64,000 nt of DNA from a virus. Its lineage: Duplodnaviria > Caudoviricetes. Position numbers and translations under genes: made by a program. Below the pieces are notes generated by a model, which was not told the origin of the DNA, did not search any database, and saw only the letters and a list, made by a program, of their open reading frames with translations. Of this stretch, positions 34,868 through 47,235 are shown in pieces. Positions within the stretch are counted from its first letter, which is position 1; every line of letters begins with the position of its first letter. Where the stretch lies: IMG/VR virus record IMGVR_UViG_3300028591_000071. One strand, written 5' to 3'.

Positions 34868-35440
34868 TTATTCAATAACCAAATCGTCATCCGTTTCCCA
34901 ATATAAATATTCAGACATTGCGGAAAAACTCGTTTCAAGTGCACCAATTCTGCCTTTTAATAGTTCAACGTCTCCTTCTACATCACCACTTGCCGAAGTC
35001 GTTCCGAGTTTTGCAACTTCTCCCGGCCCCGTTACGATATAGAAACCTGAAGAATAGGTTGAACCCGATATTTCCTCTTCCCCGAGAACGTTTATAATCT
35101 GTCCGACATTATCCTCGGTTGCGAGGGCTTTTGCTTCGGTGTATGTTGATACAGCGGGAGCCGCGCCATTTGATGAACCGATTTCCTCAAGCGAACCGTC
35201 AATAAGTATCTTGTAAACGGTTACGGCGCTGTCGGCTGATGCAACAACCGACAGAACCTGTCCGACATAGGCAATATCTCCGTACTCACTCGTTCCGTTT
35301 GCATACGACTGAGCGTCTTCGAACGAAGCGAAAACATTTGTTGGGTCTAACGGTATCTGCCTTGACCTTTGGTATGATTTAGGAAGGCTTATTACTGAAA
35401 GAGCCCTCAATTCGTCTTTTGAAAAAGCTTTTGCACCCAT
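34868..35440 (-). CDS. putative virion/fibre-associated protein
   Basis: IPLD..AYVGQV motif. Confidence 0.7.
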   Translation of the reverse strand: MGAKAFSKDELRALSVISLPKSYQRSRQIPLDPTNVFASFEDAQSYANGTSEYGDIAYVGQVLSVVASADSAVTVYKILIDGSLEEIGSSNGAAPAVSTYTEAKALATEDNVGQIINVLGEEEISGSTYSSGFYIVTGPGEVAKLGTTSASGDVEGDVELLKGRIGALETSFSAMSEYLYWETDDDLVIE

Positions 35441-35458
35441 TTTCTACTTCCTCCTATG

Positions 35459-38400
35459 TTAGTTTTTGAATTTTATTTTATATGTGTCAGATGACGGATA
35501 TGGAGATGCAGGGGTGAATGTCCAAACCTTGTATTCGATTGGCTTGTACCCGTTTGCACCAGGAACCATAACTGTCGTTGTGTCAAAGACATCTTCGATA
35601 TTGGCGTTTACTGAAACCTGGAATATCTCTATGTTCGTGAATGCCGTTGAAGGAACTGCAATAACGCACTGTGCCTTTCCTGCGGTGATAGGGAAATCCC
35701 ACTGTGTTCCGGTCGCTGCGGCTGTTGAACCTGTAAGGCTTCTGATGAGAGTAGCGTCAATGCTTCCAGTAGCAACTGCAGTATCAAGAAGCCCGTAGAA
35801 ATACTTTCTGTATCCTGTAACCGTCCTTGATGTCGTGCTGCCCGTCGGCGTCGTTGACTTTCCGTCATAGAAACTATCGGTTATTTCAACCTTGCAGTCC
35901 TCACTGAACGTCTTGACATTTGATGCTGCATAAATCGTGCACTCCTCAAAGTTCTCAGCAGGGGTATATGTCATACCTGTCTGTCTTACCACTATGCTGT
36001 TAGCACCGTCGTTTGCATACATTGCGTCTGCATTTGCAGGGAAGTTCTCATTTACTGATGTACCTGTGATAGATACATTTGTCATTCCCGCTGTATCAGA
36101 CTTGAATCCGTTCACCGTAGGAACAGCCAATGTGTAATCTCCACTCTTTTCTGCAATGTATGACTTTGAATATGTTCCGCTTGTATATGCTCCGTCAACA
36201 CCCTTCTTGTAACCGTTGCTGTATCCAGTTGTCGTTACATTGTAGTTATAATTACTTGTATTTGCGGTTGCACCATTGAAGTAATATATCGTACCCGCTT
36301 CAACAGTTTGGTTGGAACTGATATTGCTTCCGCCCGCGGTCTGTGATAAGTTCAGTGTAGGATTCTTCGAACTAACATTCCAAGCATATGTCGCCGTTGG
36401 AGTAGGCCACGTTACCTTACTGAACAGTTTAACCAATACCTCTTCGATGCTTGTTCCTGCAGGTATAACCTTATTACCGCTTTCGTCGGTCCAACCCGCA
36501 TCAGTCGGCCAAGTGTCGCAGTCATCAGCCAAAGGGCCACCCGCCACGATAATGGAATTACCGAGAACAGATGATTGAGACGCCTGATTAATTGCTGCAA
36601 CCGTATCGGCAGATGTCGCATATTCGGAAAGTGCAGTTTCGAGGGCCGCACTTGTAGTATATCCCGATAGGTCGATATTAACCGACTTTTCAACTACTTC
36701 AAGAGAAGTTCCGTTCAACTTGACATCTTCGATAACATTCTCGTCACCGAGATTCAGGTTATTAACGGTCTCTTCAAGCGTCTCGAGACTTCCGCTAACC
36801 GCAGCGATGTCCCTGTTCATTGCCGCAGCATCTTCAGGATGTTCCTGAATCCAAGCAGCAATCTCTTCAAGTGTATCTAACGCTTCCTGAGCATCTTCAG
36901 GTATAAGTGATTCGGTAAGAGCTGATAATGTGATACTCTTAACCTTTTCCTTATCGAGTGAAATCTCATCGTTTTCTATGATGATACCTTCGCCCTGTGT
37001 GTATGTTCCTGCCAATCCCTGAGGACCCTGAGAACCATCTACACCCTGAGCACCTTCAACACCTTGAGGACCCTGAGAACCTTCGTTTCCTTGTTCTCCC
37101 TGAGGTCCCTGTGTACCTTCATCACCCTGAGGGCCTTGAACACCTTCGTCGCCCTGCGGACCCTGTGCTCCGGTCTCGCCTTGAGGACCTTGGTCACCTA
37201 CAGCACCTTGGCTGCCCTCGACACCCTGAGGTCCTTGAGCACCATCTTCGCCGTTAGTTCCCGCTTCTCCTTGTGGTCCTTGGGCTCCATCTTCACCCTT
37301 TTCGCCTTGAGGTCCCTGTTCTCCGGTTTCACCCTGTGCACCTTCAAGTCCTTGTGGTCCCTGTGCCCCGTCTTCACCGTTGATTCCTGCTTCGCCTTGA
37401 GGACCCTGTGTTCCATCATCACCTTTTTCGCCTTGAGGACCTTGGTCACCTACAGCGCCCTGTGCTCCAGCCTCACCTTGTGGTCCCTGTTCGCCATCGG
37501 TTCCAGCCTCACCTTGAGGACCCTGTGCTCCATCTTCACCGTTGATTCCTGCTTCACCTTGTGGTCCTTGGTCTCCGTCCGTTCCTTTATCTCCCTGAGG
37601 GCCTTGTGCACCGGTTTCACCCTGTGCGCCTACCTCGCCCTGAGGACCTTGTGCTCCATCCTCGCCCTTTTCACCTTGAGGACCCTGAGCACCGTCTTCT
37701 CCGTTTGTTCCTACCTCACCCTGAGGACCTTGAACACCTTCGTCGCCCTGTGGACCCTGAGCACCGTCTTCTCCATTAGCTCCGGCCTCACCTTGCGGTC
37801 CCTGCTCGCCGTTTTCACCTGAAGCACCCTGCGCACCTTCAAGTCCCTGAGGTCCTTGTTCGCCGGTCTCTCCGACGGCACCCTGTGCTCCTTCGATACC
37901 TTGTGGACCCTGTGCTCCCGTTTCACCAACAGCACCTTGACTACCGGCCTCGCCCTGAGGACCCTGTGCACCATCAGCGCCCTTGATGTTTCCGACATTC
38001 TTCCAATCTGAATTCAGGTTGTCCCATACGTAAAGATTGCCACCTACAAGGTAAGCGTCTCCTATGTTTCCGGTTGGATGTTCGTCATAAAGGTCTTCCA
38101 CGGTATTATAAGAACCAAGAATGCTTACTCCCTTTCCGTCTTCACCCTTGGCTCCCTGTGCTCCTTCAAGTCCTTGTGGACCCTGAACGCCTTCGTCACC
38201 CTGAGGGCCTTGCGCTCCCGTATCACCTTGTGGGCCCTGTGCGCCTTCTGCTCCATCTTCACCCTTCTCTCCTTGCGGACCTTGGCTTCCATCAATACCT
38301 GCTTCGCCCTGTGGACCTTGCTCCCCAACGGCACCCTGTGCACCTTCTGCACCTTGAGCACCATCGGTTCCGTCAGTCCCCTTTAATGATTCAAGCCATT

Positions 38401-39985
38401 CTTCTTTGGTCATATAATCAGCCTCACTAATCAACTGAACCTCGAAATCCGTTGACTTGGTAAGAACATCCGTTCCGTCTATTGTCTCTGTGTATTCAGG
38501 AAGATTAAGGTCTCCTTCCGCGGGAACACTTATGATACCGTATGTCCTATCAACATCAGTACCCCATATCTTTGCGGATGGCTTCCATACGAATCTTTCT
38601 CCGTTCTTGTAAAGAACCCTGATATATGTTGCTCCATCGAAATTATGGTTAACGACAAGCCAAGGGAATTGTGTTGGGTCAAATGGTGGCCAAGTATCTC
38701 CATCTTGTTCCGCTTCAACAGGGTTGAGAGTATAATAATCGTTGAGTTCATTGTACCTTGCCTCTGCAAAGTTCCTGTGGTCAACAATCAAAAAATTTCC
38801 TTTCTCTGCTACGCTATCCAAATAAAGGTCATAGGCGGATTTTCCAACCCATCCGTCTTCACCCTTATCTCCTTGCGGTCCTTGCTCGCCATCCGTTCCG
38901 TTTTCTCCGGCGGCTCCCTGAGCACCTTCAACACCTTGTGGGCCCTGAGCACCGTCTTCACCGTTTATTCCGTTCTCTCCTGCCGCACCCTGTGCACCCT
39001 CAGCACCCTGAGGGCCCTGTGCTCCGTCTTCTCCGTTTTGTCCATTTTCTCCTGCAGGACCTTGGGCTCCGTCTGCTCCCGCTGCACCATCTTCTCCCTT
39101 AGGACCTTGGACACCATCTTCACCCTTTTCACCTTGAGGACCCTGAGCACCGTCTTCACCGTTGATTCCTGCTTCTCCCTGTGGGCCCTGAGCCCCATCG
39201 GCTCCATCTTCACCCTTTTCACCAGTAGGACCTTGCACCCCTTCTAAGCCCTGAGGGCCTTGAGCACCTGTTTCGCCAACAGGGCCCTGTGCACCCGGAA
39301 CAGGAATTGCCCCCTGTCCGGCAATTGACGTAATATCAACTCTTATTGGAGAAAGAGAATCATCATTATAATAGAATTCAATAAACGTGTCATTACCTTC
39401 CGTAACAACTGTACCACTCGTGATGAATTGGTCATACTGCCACTGAGAAAGAATATCTTCCAAGCCTGCCGACTCGCCAATTTTTACATTATCATAATAA
39501 AGTTCAATTGAAGTATCAGCACTGTTCGCAACCACAGCAAACTTCTGTGGGTCTGCGTGGTTATATTCCCATGTTGGAACACCATCGACAATTTCGCTTG
39601 CAATGTACTCTGCCCACTTTCCGTCTCTTGTTTCGTCCGAAAGTACAATGGCTTTCTGCCCGACTTTAAATGCTTTGCTTATATTCGCTCCGCGAGTTAA
39701 AAGTCCTACAATGTCATTTGAAAAATCTACAAGTTCCTGATAAGTGTCAGTAACTATCGTGCTTGCAATTGTCCAATGATTTTTTCCAACCCTTGAAGCA
39801 CCGTTTGAATCGATTGAGAACTTTAATGGATGCCCATCGTTCAAAACGGTCACTTCCATTCCGTCATAGGAATAGGTGAAATATTCAAATGTTGACAATC
39901 CTGACACATTAGCCAAAGTTGTTTGTCTAATGTCAAGCGGCTGTTTTTTCTGCAAATTTAATTGCTCGTTTATGCTAATTGCCAT
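35459..39985 (-). CDS. collagen-like tail fibre protein
   Basis: Three long (G-X-Y)n blocks dominated by GAQGPQ; [11 protein letters not shown] motif. Confidence 0.9.
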   Translation of the reverse strand: MAISINEQLNLQKKQPLDIRQTTLANVSGLSTFEYFTYSYDGMEVTVLNDGHPLKFSIDSNGASRVGKNHWTIASTIVTDTYQELVDFSNDIVGLLTRGANISKAFKVGQKAIVLSDETRDGKWAEYIASEIVDGVPTWEYNHADPQKFAVVANSADTSIELYYDNVKIGESAGLEDILSQWQYDQFITSGTVVTEGNDTFIEFYYNDDSLSPIRVDITSIAGQGAIPVPGAQGPVGETGAQGPQGLEGVQGPTGEKGEDGADGAQGPQGEAGINGEDGAQGPQGEKGEDGVQGPKGEDGAAGADGAQGPAGENGQNGEDGAQGPQGAEGAQGAAGENGINGEDGAQGPQGVEGAQGAAGENGTDGEQGPQGDKGEDGWVGKSAYDLYLDSVAEKGNFLIVDHRNFAEARYNELNDYYTLNPVEAEQDGDTWPPFDPTQFPWLVVNHNFDGATYIRVLYKNGERFVWKPSAKIWGTDVDRTYGIISVPAEGDLNLPEYTETIDGTDVLTKSTDFEVQLISEADYMTKEEWLESLKGTDGTDGAQGAEGAQGAVGEQGPQGEAGIDGSQGPQGEKGEDGAEGAQGPQGDTGAQGPQGDEGVQGPQGLEGAQGAKGEDGKGVSILGSYNTVEDLYDEHPTGNIGDAYLVGGNLYVWDNLNSDWKNVGNIKGADGAQGPQGEAGSQGAVGETGAQGPQGIEGAQGAVGETGEQGPQGLEGAQGASGENGEQGPQGEAGANGEDGAQGPQGDEGVQGPQGEVGTNGEDGAQGPQGEKGEDGAQGPQGEVGAQGETGAQGPQGDKGTDGDQGPQGEAGINGEDGAQGPQGEAGTDGEQGPQGEAGAQGAVGDQGPQGEKGDDGTQGPQGEAGINGEDGAQGPQGLEGAQGETGEQGPQGEKGEDGAQGPQGEAGTNGEDGAQGPQGVEGSQGAVGDQGPQGETGAQGPQGDEGVQGPQGDEGTQGPQGEQGNEGSQGPQGVEGAQGVDGSQGPQGLAGTYTQGEGIIIENDEISLDKEKVKSITLSALTESLIPEDAQEALDTLEEIAAWIQEHPEDAAAMNRDIAAVSGSLETLEETVNNLNLGDENVIEDVKLNGTSLEVVEKSVNIDLSGYTTSAALETALSEYATSADTVAAINQASQSSVLGNSIIVAGGPLADDCDTWPTDAGWTDESGNKVIPAGTSIEEVLVKLFSKVTWPTPTATYAWNVSSKNPTLNLSQTAGGSNISSNQTVEAGTIYYFNGATANTSNYNYNVTTTGYSNGYKKGVDGAYTSGTYSKSYIAEKSGDYTLAVPTVNGFKSDTAGMTNVSITGTSVNENFPANADAMYANDGANSIVVRQTGMTYTPAENFEECTIYAASNVKTFSEDCKVEITDSFYDGKSTTPTGSTTSRTVTGYRKYFYGLLDTAVATGSIDATLIRSLTGSTAAATGTQWDFPITAGKAQCVIAVPSTAFTNIEIFQVSVNANIEDVFDTTTVMVPGANGYKPIEYKVWTFTPASPYPSSDTYKIKFKN
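37010..39300 (-). repeat. collagen G-X-Y coding repeats
   Basis: 9/18-nt periodic repeats in three blocks. Confidence 0.9.
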
Positions 39986-39994
39986 TATCTAATA

Positions 39995-42643
39995 TTATTT
40001 TGTAAGTGTTATTTCAAGAGATTTTACTGAACCTTCAGAGAAGTATCCGTGAGCGGCAGGATACTCTTCGTCTATTCTGAATTCATACCAAACAGTATAA
40101 TCAGCGCCGCTTATCTTAATGTCCTGTGCCTTGGTGAGAGATACAGGTTGCAATCCTCCCCTGAGTCCGCTATATTCAGAAAGGTCTAACCGAGAAGGTG
40201 CAACTATAATCGGCTCCCTTGCGGCACTCTCCAAATATGCGTCAAACTCTTCATCCGTATCATTGTCATAATGGTCGAAGTATGTTGGGTCTGCAGGAAT
40301 TTCTATTGGGAATTTTCCATCTGCAGGGAAATCAGGAAACGTGCTGAGAGCAAGAACATCTTGGCTGTCGTTGGTTATTGCGGTGATAACATTGTGGTTC
40401 AATGCTCCCCAATAGATTGTTTTAACGACAGGCTTTTCAACATATTCTCCGTAAACAGTCACCGCACTTGCAGGCATTGGCGTTCCTTCTTCAACAGAGC
40501 CATCATCCCACTTGAACTCATATGTAACTCCACTGATTTCAATCTCAGCAGGAAGTTCAGGATAAATGATTTCTTCCTTGTAGAGTGTTTCGCCCGATTC
40601 AATTATACCGGCCGGTGCCGCAGCACTGCTTCTCCTCATAAATGAAAGTTTGAACGGCTTAGGGATGATAGTCACCTCTACGGTAACCTCGTCCTCTTCA
40701 ACAACCATTCCTTCGGTATAAGCCGAACCGTTAACGGTCCAATCTACCTGATAACCTGGGTCTTCAATGTCAACCTTGGTTTCAGGGCTTGCTGATGCTA
40801 TAATGTCTTCTATGATATCAGCAATAGGCGTTCCGTAATCGTAGGTCGTTGCACTCTCCGCAGTGTCTCCACTTATAACGGGAGTTACACTTGACTTTTT
40901 GGTCTTGATGATAGGAACCACCGTTACATCTTCGTCAGGCATTGTGTCTGCACTCGTGATTGTTGTTCCGTTCATCTGCCATTCTTCGATGTACTCATAT
41001 GGGCCAACCTCTATTGCCCCTTCCAGTGCCTCGAGGATGTTCTCACCATAGTTGATTGTTACACTGCTTGCACCTGAAACTGTTATAATATGCTCATTTG
41101 GAACAATTTCCGCCGTGTATTGAACATCGTTTGCAGGGACCGTTGCGCCCACAGGTACATTGGTTTCAATATGATGTCCGACCATCTCATTTGGATAGTT
41201 GGCCTCAATGTAATCTTCAATTGCTGATGCAATGTCTGACTTATATTCCAAAAGAAGCACAAATGGTTCTTTGCCCGCGAGATTAATCGTTACATTGTAT
41301 TTATTGATATCCGCGTCAATGGTTATTCCACTTGCAGGAACAGTTTCAACGCTTCCCGTGTAAGAATATCCTTCAGGAATCAGTGTGCTGATTTCCGTTC
41401 CATATGCTACCGAGCCGCTGTATATCACATCATTATTGTGCGTGATGACAACAGGATATGAATTGACGCTCGTCTCACAAGTTGCTTCCACATTATAATA
41501 AGGCATCGTATAATTACCTGAAACACCGTCAAGTTCAGGGTTGAATACCCAATCAGTTACCGTGTAGCCTTCTTTCTCGTGTTTTGCTCTTGGCTCCACA
41601 TTTGCGCCATAACTATAAGTTTCGGACTGTCCGTCCTGAACCCCATCGACATAGTAAGACAACGTGTATTGGTTTGCCGTCTTGATGGTATAGAAGTTTA
41701 CATCGCTTGCAGGCATCTTATTATCAACCACTTCTGTATCGGCACTCCACTGTGTGAACGAATATCCTGATTCCACAGGAACATCCTTTGATGGAATTGT
41801 CTGTCCGTACTTTAAGGTGGAGGATTCAACCAAGTCGTCATTGATGAAATAACTTACAGTATATGAATTTGCTGAAAGAACAGCCTTTAATACGAGGTTG
41901 TTGATGTCAGGCATATTCACATAGTAAGGTGTCCACCCACAAATAGTGTACCCCTCCTTGCTGTCCGCAGCAGGATATGCTATAGGGTCATCATATTCAA
42001 AGGTTGCCGTTGAAGCCTCCCCGCTTATGTTGAACGTTACATTATATGATTTCTTGGTAAATGTTCCACTAAAAACATAATCCTGCTTAACTGTTGAAGG
42101 AATAGAAGGCTCCCATCCGCTGAAAGTGTATCCCGTCCTTGAAGATGAAGGGATATTGGTGATTTTCTTTCCCCAATCAATGGTCTGCGTATAATCGTCT
42201 AAAACCTCATCGTTAACCTTGAAACTCACGTTGAATTTCTTGATTGTATTCGTTCCGTAAAGGGTGAGGTTTGATGCAGGCATCGTTGTGTGCGTATTTC
42301 CGCTAGCATCCTTCCATCCACTGAAGTCATAACCTTCTTTGCTGCCATCGTACTCAGGGATTGGTGCACCTTCCTCAAGATTATAACTCTTTTTAAGGGA
42401 ACCATCGACATAAAACTTCAACGAATATGTCTTAGTGGAAGAACTCTCGCTTCCGCCGCCGTCTCCGCCGCCTCCATTTACGTTAACCGTCATCGGCTTC
42501 ATATATTCTTCCACGGGAAGGTCACACAAGTCAAGAACATGAGCACCCCAATGGTACATCTCTTCATATCTGTTATCCTCTTCAAGAGTAATACCGCTTT
42601 CTGGGCGTATTGCCATTTCTCGTGGGTCGTTCAAATATGACAT
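39995..42643 (-). CDS. protein with tandem Listeria-Bacteroides (InlB B-repeat-like) domains
   Basis: Repeated KEGY.FSGW...MPASD units. Confidence 0.85.
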   Translation of the reverse strand: MSYLNDPREMAIRPESGITLEEDNRYEEMYHWGAHVLDLCDLPVEEYMKPMTVNVNGGGGDGGGSESSSTKTYSLKFYVDGSLKKSYNLEEGAPIPEYDGSKEGYDFSGWKDASGNTHTTMPASNLTLYGTNTIKKFNVSFKVNDEVLDDYTQTIDWGKKITNIPSSSRTGYTFSGWEPSIPSTVKQDYVFSGTFTKKSYNVTFNISGEASTATFEYDDPIAYPAADSKEGYTICGWTPYYVNMPDINNLVLKAVLSANSYTVSYFINDDLVESSTLKYGQTIPSKDVPVESGYSFTQWSADTEVVDNKMPASDVNFYTIKTANQYTLSYYVDGVQDGQSETYSYGANVEPRAKHEKEGYTVTDWVFNPELDGVSGNYTMPYYNVEATCETSVNSYPVVITHNNDVIYSGSVAYGTEISTLIPEGYSYTGSVETVPASGITIDADINKYNVTINLAGKEPFVLLLEYKSDIASAIEDYIEANYPNEMVGHHIETNVPVGATVPANDVQYTAEIVPNEHIITVSGASSVTINYGENILEALEGAIEVGPYEYIEEWQMNGTTITSADTMPDEDVTVVPIIKTKKSSVTPVISGDTAESATTYDYGTPIADIIEDIIASASPETKVDIEDPGYQVDWTVNGSAYTEGMVVEEDEVTVEVTIIPKPFKLSFMRRSSAAAPAGIIESGETLYKEEIIYPELPAEIEISGVTYEFKWDDGSVEEGTPMPASAVTVYGEYVEKPVVKTIYWGALNHNVITAITNDSQDVLALSTFPDFPADGKFPIEIPADPTYFDHYDNDTDEEFDAYLESAAREPIIVAPSRLDLSEYSGLRGGLQPVSLTKAQDIKISGADYTVWYEFRIDEEYPAAHGYFSEGSVKSLEITLTK

Positions 42644-42830
42644 AACTGTTATATTATTTTCTTATTATTAATCTTATCGCAAACCATAGTCGTGTGCTGT
42701 TTTATATGGTTTTAAAGAGTAAGCATATTATTTTATCATAAATAGCGTGTGTAACCAAAAACTCGCCCCTTCCTAAAACAAAAAAGCCGCTGTTTTCACA
42801 ACGGCTCGCAACTCCTGAAACCTCAGAATT

Positions 42831-43640
42831 TTATTTTTCGTTTGTCAGTATTATAGTTTTGTTAAATTCCTTGTTCCATACTTTTGTAGTATATGATATT
42901 TCAATACCAGAATCAGTATCTTTAATATTATAATCACTTATAAATGGTTTATCTAATCCATAATGGTTTATATTAATATAAGCTAACGCGCACACGAGAG
43001 AATCACAGGCGTCATAATTCTCCTTCCTCAGTTCCCCCTTGTCATTGTACGCCCAAGAAATGTTTTCCTTTCCATACATATCATTTACCATATTCATCAT
43101 CACCAACTTCTTGTCGATGTCAAATGGGTAACTTCCAAAGAGCACTATCTTTCCGTTCTTTATTGAATCTTTAATATGCTTGAGCGGATATTCCCTCCCC
43201 TTCTTATCATATTTCCTGAGAGAAATCAATTCAGGAAATGAATAGGCCCTTGCGTCATATGATGATATAAAATTTGGAACAATGCCAAGAATCCTATATA
43301 TCGTCTCCGAAATCATTCCGTTGAACCTAAGGAGCGTGGCCACCGTATTCGCATTGTTTGACGAAAGAAGCGGTTCTTCAATAACCACATCTGTAATACT
43401 GTATGCCGTGGCGATATCCTTTATAAACTCATCCTCAAATATCTGTTTCCTAAGAAAAAGGGCTTCAATCCCCTTTATCTTTCTCGGAATTTTAGGGGTT
43501 TTATGGCTCAGATACACAATCTCAGGGTGGTCATCGCCATTATCCTTCAGCACACAAACGCCGATGCACGCCGTACTGACATCAAGCCCAAGAACATATC
43601 TTGGATAAACAGACTCTGCTATATCAATCTTTTCTTCCAT
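42831..43640 (-). CDS. RuvC-like Holliday junction resolvase
   Basis: LGLDVST, VIEEP, YDACDS. Confidence 0.8.
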   Translation of the reverse strand: MEEKIDIAESVYPRYVLGLDVSTACIGVCVLKDNGDDHPEIVYLSHKTPKIPRKIKGIEALFLRKQIFEDEFIKDIATAYSITDVVIEEPLLSSNNANTVATLLRFNGMISETIYRILGIVPNFISSYDARAYSFPELISLRKYDKKGREYPLKHIKDSIKNGKIVLFGSYPFDIDKKLVMMNMVNDMYGKENISWAYNDKGELRKENYDACDSLVCALAYININHYGLDKPFISDYNIKDTDSGIEISYTTKVWNKEFNKTIILTNEK

Positions 43641-43747
43641 ATTTCTTACTAATTCATAAAAATGTATAGCGCAACGCACAAATTATCAATATTTTTTTTG
43701 TTATTTCGGGAAATATTTTGTAAATTAACGTCAAAGTATAATCATTT

Positions 43748-44113
43748 ATGCCACATTCAGTTAAAATAGAAGATAAATTATACGACAGGATGAAATCATA
43801 CTGCGACCTGAATGGCACATCGCCATATGCCGTGGCAAGGGAAGCAATTGATAAATATCTGAATGAAATAATGTATGGCGACGCTCCGTTTATGAAGAAG
43901 GAAAAAGATGAAAATCGACAAATTTCCACAGAAACACCCGTCAATTTCGACAAAAATAACGAAGAAACGCCGTCTTTTACTGAAGTTACAAACGAAGCCA
44001 TACCCATGGTTGATACTGAAAAAGTAAAAAGCCTGACAGCCGAAAAGGCTGATGAACAAGCGGCTATTGAACACAATGTCACTGAGGTAAGACCAAAGAA
44101 AAGAAGATTATGA
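43748..44113 (+). CDS. small protein with ribbon-helix-helix-like N-terminus
   Basis: SVKIEDKLYDRMKSYC..AREAIDKYL. Confidence 0.65.
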   Translation: MPHSVKIEDKLYDRMKSYCDLNGTSPYAVAREAIDKYLNEIMYGDAPFMKKEKDENRQISTETPVNFDKNNEETPSFTEVTNEAIPMVDTEKVKSLTAEKADEQAAIEHNVTEVRPKKRRL

Positions 44114-46476
44114 AGAAACTTGAAATAGGACAAGACGCAAAAGTGCTCGTAAGATGGAACACGAGCCAACAACTCACAACAAAGGAAGAGGAGAAGAATA
44201 TCATATCCGCAATGGCGAAGAAATATGGTATTCCATCCAAGAACATTCGTGTTGAAAAGCATTTCATAGACCCATCCCTCGAAGATAATGTCCTCGCGGG
44301 AGAGATAGTGCATAATGTCAATGACCCGAAGTTCATGCAGGAATTGATGAAACAATACATTGCCGCAAAGGGTATAACCGATGTGGATTTCGATGATATC
44401 GTTAAGATTGACTCAGCAATAAATGCCTGCATAGACTTCTCCGTGTATGACAAGGGGAAGAAATATACTATAAAGTGGGTCAAATGGGGTAACTTCCTTT
44501 CATATGGCCCTGACAACTATTTTGACTTTACAAAGTTGCATGGACTTATCCTTTTGAACGGACAGCCCGCAAACAAGAGCGGAAAGTCAACATTTGCTTA
44601 CGACCTTCTTCATTTCCTTCTTTTCGGGAAGACGAACACAAACAAGGCAAAGACGCTCGGAGACTTGTTCAACAATTATCTTCCCGACGAAAGGGTTATG
44701 AATGTTGAAGGTTGCATTAATATCGACGGGGATGATTATATAATAAGGAGAACACTCACGAGAGGTGCTGCGGGAAAAAAAACAAGAACCGTAACCAATA
44801 AAGTAGAATATTTCAGAGTAGCAAAGGATGGTTCCGAAGAAATCCTTCCTGACGAGAACGAACAGGGTGCGAGCACCACGAAAACAACGAAGATAATCAA
44901 GGAGGCACTTGGTAACGAAAGCGATTTTGACCTCATAATCAGTGCAAATGCAAAAGACCTTGACAGCCTTATTTCCCTGACAGAAACCGAGAAAGGAAGA
45001 CTTCTTTCAAGGTGGATTGGGCTTTCCATTATTGAAGACAAGGATGTAAAAGCAAGAGAGAAGTGGAATAAGGAAATAAGCGTTGGGCGCTACTGCGACA
45101 TGTATAACAGAACTCAACTTGAAAATGAAGTCGAAGCCCTTAACGCGGAAAATGCAGCACACGCCGAGCAAAAGAAATCCAACGAAACCGCAATAGCCGA
45201 AGCGGAAAAGAACATTGAAGAATACGGGAATACGAGAGACCTTCTCCTTTCTTCAAAGCAGTCAATCGACCCGAGTCTGACAAAGGTTGATGTTGAAACC
45301 CTTAAGACAACAATCGCCAAATTGGTTGAAAGCGGAAAGGCAAAAAATGCAGAAATTCAGTTCATAGAGGGTCAGATAAAAGAAATTGGGGATGTAGATT
45401 ACTCAGAGGACGAATACAAAGCGATGAAAAAGGAAAACGATGCCCTTATATCGTCAATGTCCGAGGCAAGGGCTAATATAAAACATATAAAGGAGACAAA
45501 CGACAATCTATCCTCATCCGAATATTGTCCCGTCTGTCACAAGAAGTTCGATAATGTTGATAATTCAAAATTAATTGAGGAGAACAAGAAAAAAATAGAA
45601 AAACTGATAGAGGACGGTGTCAAGATGAAAAAGCGCAGCGATTTCCTTACTGAAAAGATGGAATCAATTGCCGACAATAGGTCAAAATATCTTAAAAAGT
45701 CGCAACTTGAACTTAAGATTGCAACGATAAAATCTGATGTCGCATCTCAAAGGTTGGAATATACGGAAAAAAACAACCTCCTGAAGGATATAAAGAAAAA
45801 CGAAGAGGCGATAAGGAAAAACAACGAAATCGACACGAAGTTGAATGTGGTCAATGAAAATATCCGCATCAATGAGGGGATAAAGAGGGCAAAGGAACAG
45901 GATAACAAGGATATTGACCGTTACATCGCAAAGAACACGGAAATGATATCCACAAGGAAGAGTTATATCACAAAGATAGAAGAAGAGTTGAAAACAGAGA
46001 AGAATTGGAAACTCTACCTGCAGATGATTGGAAAGGATGGTATCAGCAAGATGGTTCTTAGGAACACGCTGCCTATCATCAATAATGAGTTGAACAGGCT
46101 TCTCGGAGATGTCACGGACTTCTCAGTGGAGATTACGATGAACGAAAAGAACGACATTGACTTCCTCCTTCACAGGGACGGAATAATAACAAGGCTTAGC
46201 GCCGCATCGGGACTTGAAAAGACACAGGCTGCACTCGCGCTTAGGGTCGTTCTCGGAAAGATGTCGCGCCTTTCAAGGCCTCCGTTCATTCTTCTTGACG
46301 AAGTTCTTGGTACTGTTGCAAAGGAAAATTATGACGACATGAAGAAATTGTACGATAAAATCGTCTCAGAATACGATTTCGTGCTACATATATGCCACAT
46401 AGACCTCGATTGGTATGACGAAGGAAATGTGGTTACTGTTGTGAAGAAAGATAACATTTCAAGTATATCTATTTAA
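44110..46476 (+). CDS. SbcC/Rad50 (gp46-like) ATPase
   Basis: NKSGKST, coiled coil with CPVC hook, ASGLEK, ILLDE, H-switch. Confidence 0.92.
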   Translation: MKKLEIGQDAKVLVRWNTSQQLTTKEEEKNIISAMAKKYGIPSKNIRVEKHFIDPSLEDNVLAGEIVHNVNDPKFMQELMKQYIAAKGITDVDFDDIVKIDSAINACIDFSVYDKGKKYTIKWVKWGNFLSYGPDNYFDFTKLHGLILLNGQPANKSGKSTFAYDLLHFLLFGKTNTNKAKTLGDLFNNYLPDERVMNVEGCINIDGDDYIIRRTLTRGAAGKKTRTVTNKVEYFRVAKDGSEEILPDENEQGASTTKTTKIIKEALGNESDFDLIISANAKDLDSLISLTETEKGRLLSRWIGLSIIEDKDVKAREKWNKEISVGRYCDMYNRTQLENEVEALNAENAAHAEQKKSNETAIAEAEKNIEEYGNTRDLLLSSKQSIDPSLTKVDVETLKTTIAKLVESGKAKNAEIQFIEGQIKEIGDVDYSEDEYKAMKKENDALISSMSEARANIKHIKETNDNLSSSEYCPVCHKKFDNVDNSKLIEENKKKIEKLIEDGVKMKKRSDFLTEKMESIADNRSKYLKKSQLELKIATIKSDVASQRLEYTEKNNLLKDIKKNEEAIRKNNEIDTKLNVVNENIRINEGIKRAKEQDNKDIDRYIAKNTEMISTRKSYITKIEEELKTEKNWKLYLQMIGKDGISKMVLRNTLPIINNELNRLLGDVTDFSVEITMNEKNDIDFLLHRDGIITRLSAASGLEKTQAALALRVVLGKMSRLSRPPFILLDEVLGTVAKENYDDMKKLYDKIVSEYDFVLHICHIDLDWYDEGNVVTVVKKDNISSISI

Positions 46477-46503
46477 AAATAAAGGAGAATAATATGGGCA
46501 CAG

Positions 46504-47220
46504 ATGCTTAAAAAAAAGAAAATTGTCAATGAATTTGAACGAAGTACGCAGACCTATTTTTCTGAGATAGGAAAACTGTCTCCGCTCTCAAAAGACGAAG
46601 AACTCTCATTATGGGAAAAGTACAAGAAGCATAACGACCTCTCCGCAAGGGATAAAATAATAAAATCAAACCTTAAGTTTGTTGCGAGCGTGGCCAAGCC
46701 CTTCCAAGGGCTCGGCCTTTCGTATTCAGACCTGATTGCCGAGGGTAATATAGGCTTGATGAAAGCCATGGAGAAATTTGACTACGAAAAGGGATACAAG
46801 ACCATAAGTTATTCCGTTTGGTGGATTAGGCAGACAATCATGGAGGCCCTGAAGGAAAGAAATTTGCTTAAGGGAGACGAACTCCCAAGAGATTTTGAAA
46901 AAAACATTGAATCTGACGATGATTCTGAGTATAATAATGTGTCAAAAAGGGATATTGAAGACGGAGATGCAATGTCTTCAATCAGAGACGGAGAGATAAA
47001 ATCAACGGTCAGGATGCTGATGGGCGTTTTAACCAAACGGGAACAAGCCATACTGATTGACTACTTCGGTCTCGGAAACGAAGACGAGATGACTTTGGAG
47101 GAAATCGGCAAAAAACTCGGGCTGACAAAGGAACGGGTAAGGCAGATAAAGGAAAAGTCTCTTAAGAAGTTAAGGGCAGAAACGTTGAAAAATTCAATAA
47201 CAGAAGATATTTATAATTGA
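46504..47220 (+). CDS. sigma70-family factor lacking region 3
   Basis: NLKFVASVAK, DLIAEGNIGL, YSVWWIRQ, TLEEIG..LTKERVRQI. Confidence 0.93.
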   Translation: MLKKKKIVNEFERSTQTYFSEIGKLSPLSKDEELSLWEKYKKHNDLSARDKIIKSNLKFVASVAKPFQGLGLSYSDLIAEGNIGLMKAMEKFDYEKGYKTISYSVWWIRQTIMEALKERNLLKGDELPRDFEKNIESDDDSEYNNVSKRDIEDGDAMSSIRDGEIKSTVRMLMGVLTKREQAILIDYFGLGNEDEMTLEEIGKKLGLTKERVRQIKEKSLKKLRAETLKNSITEDIYN

Positions 47221-47235
47221 TTTAGATTTAATATT

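Noticed and set aside
37010-39300. CRISPR array
   Set aside because: The periodicity is collagen G-X-Y coding sequence; no repeat-spacer structure or cas genes in the window
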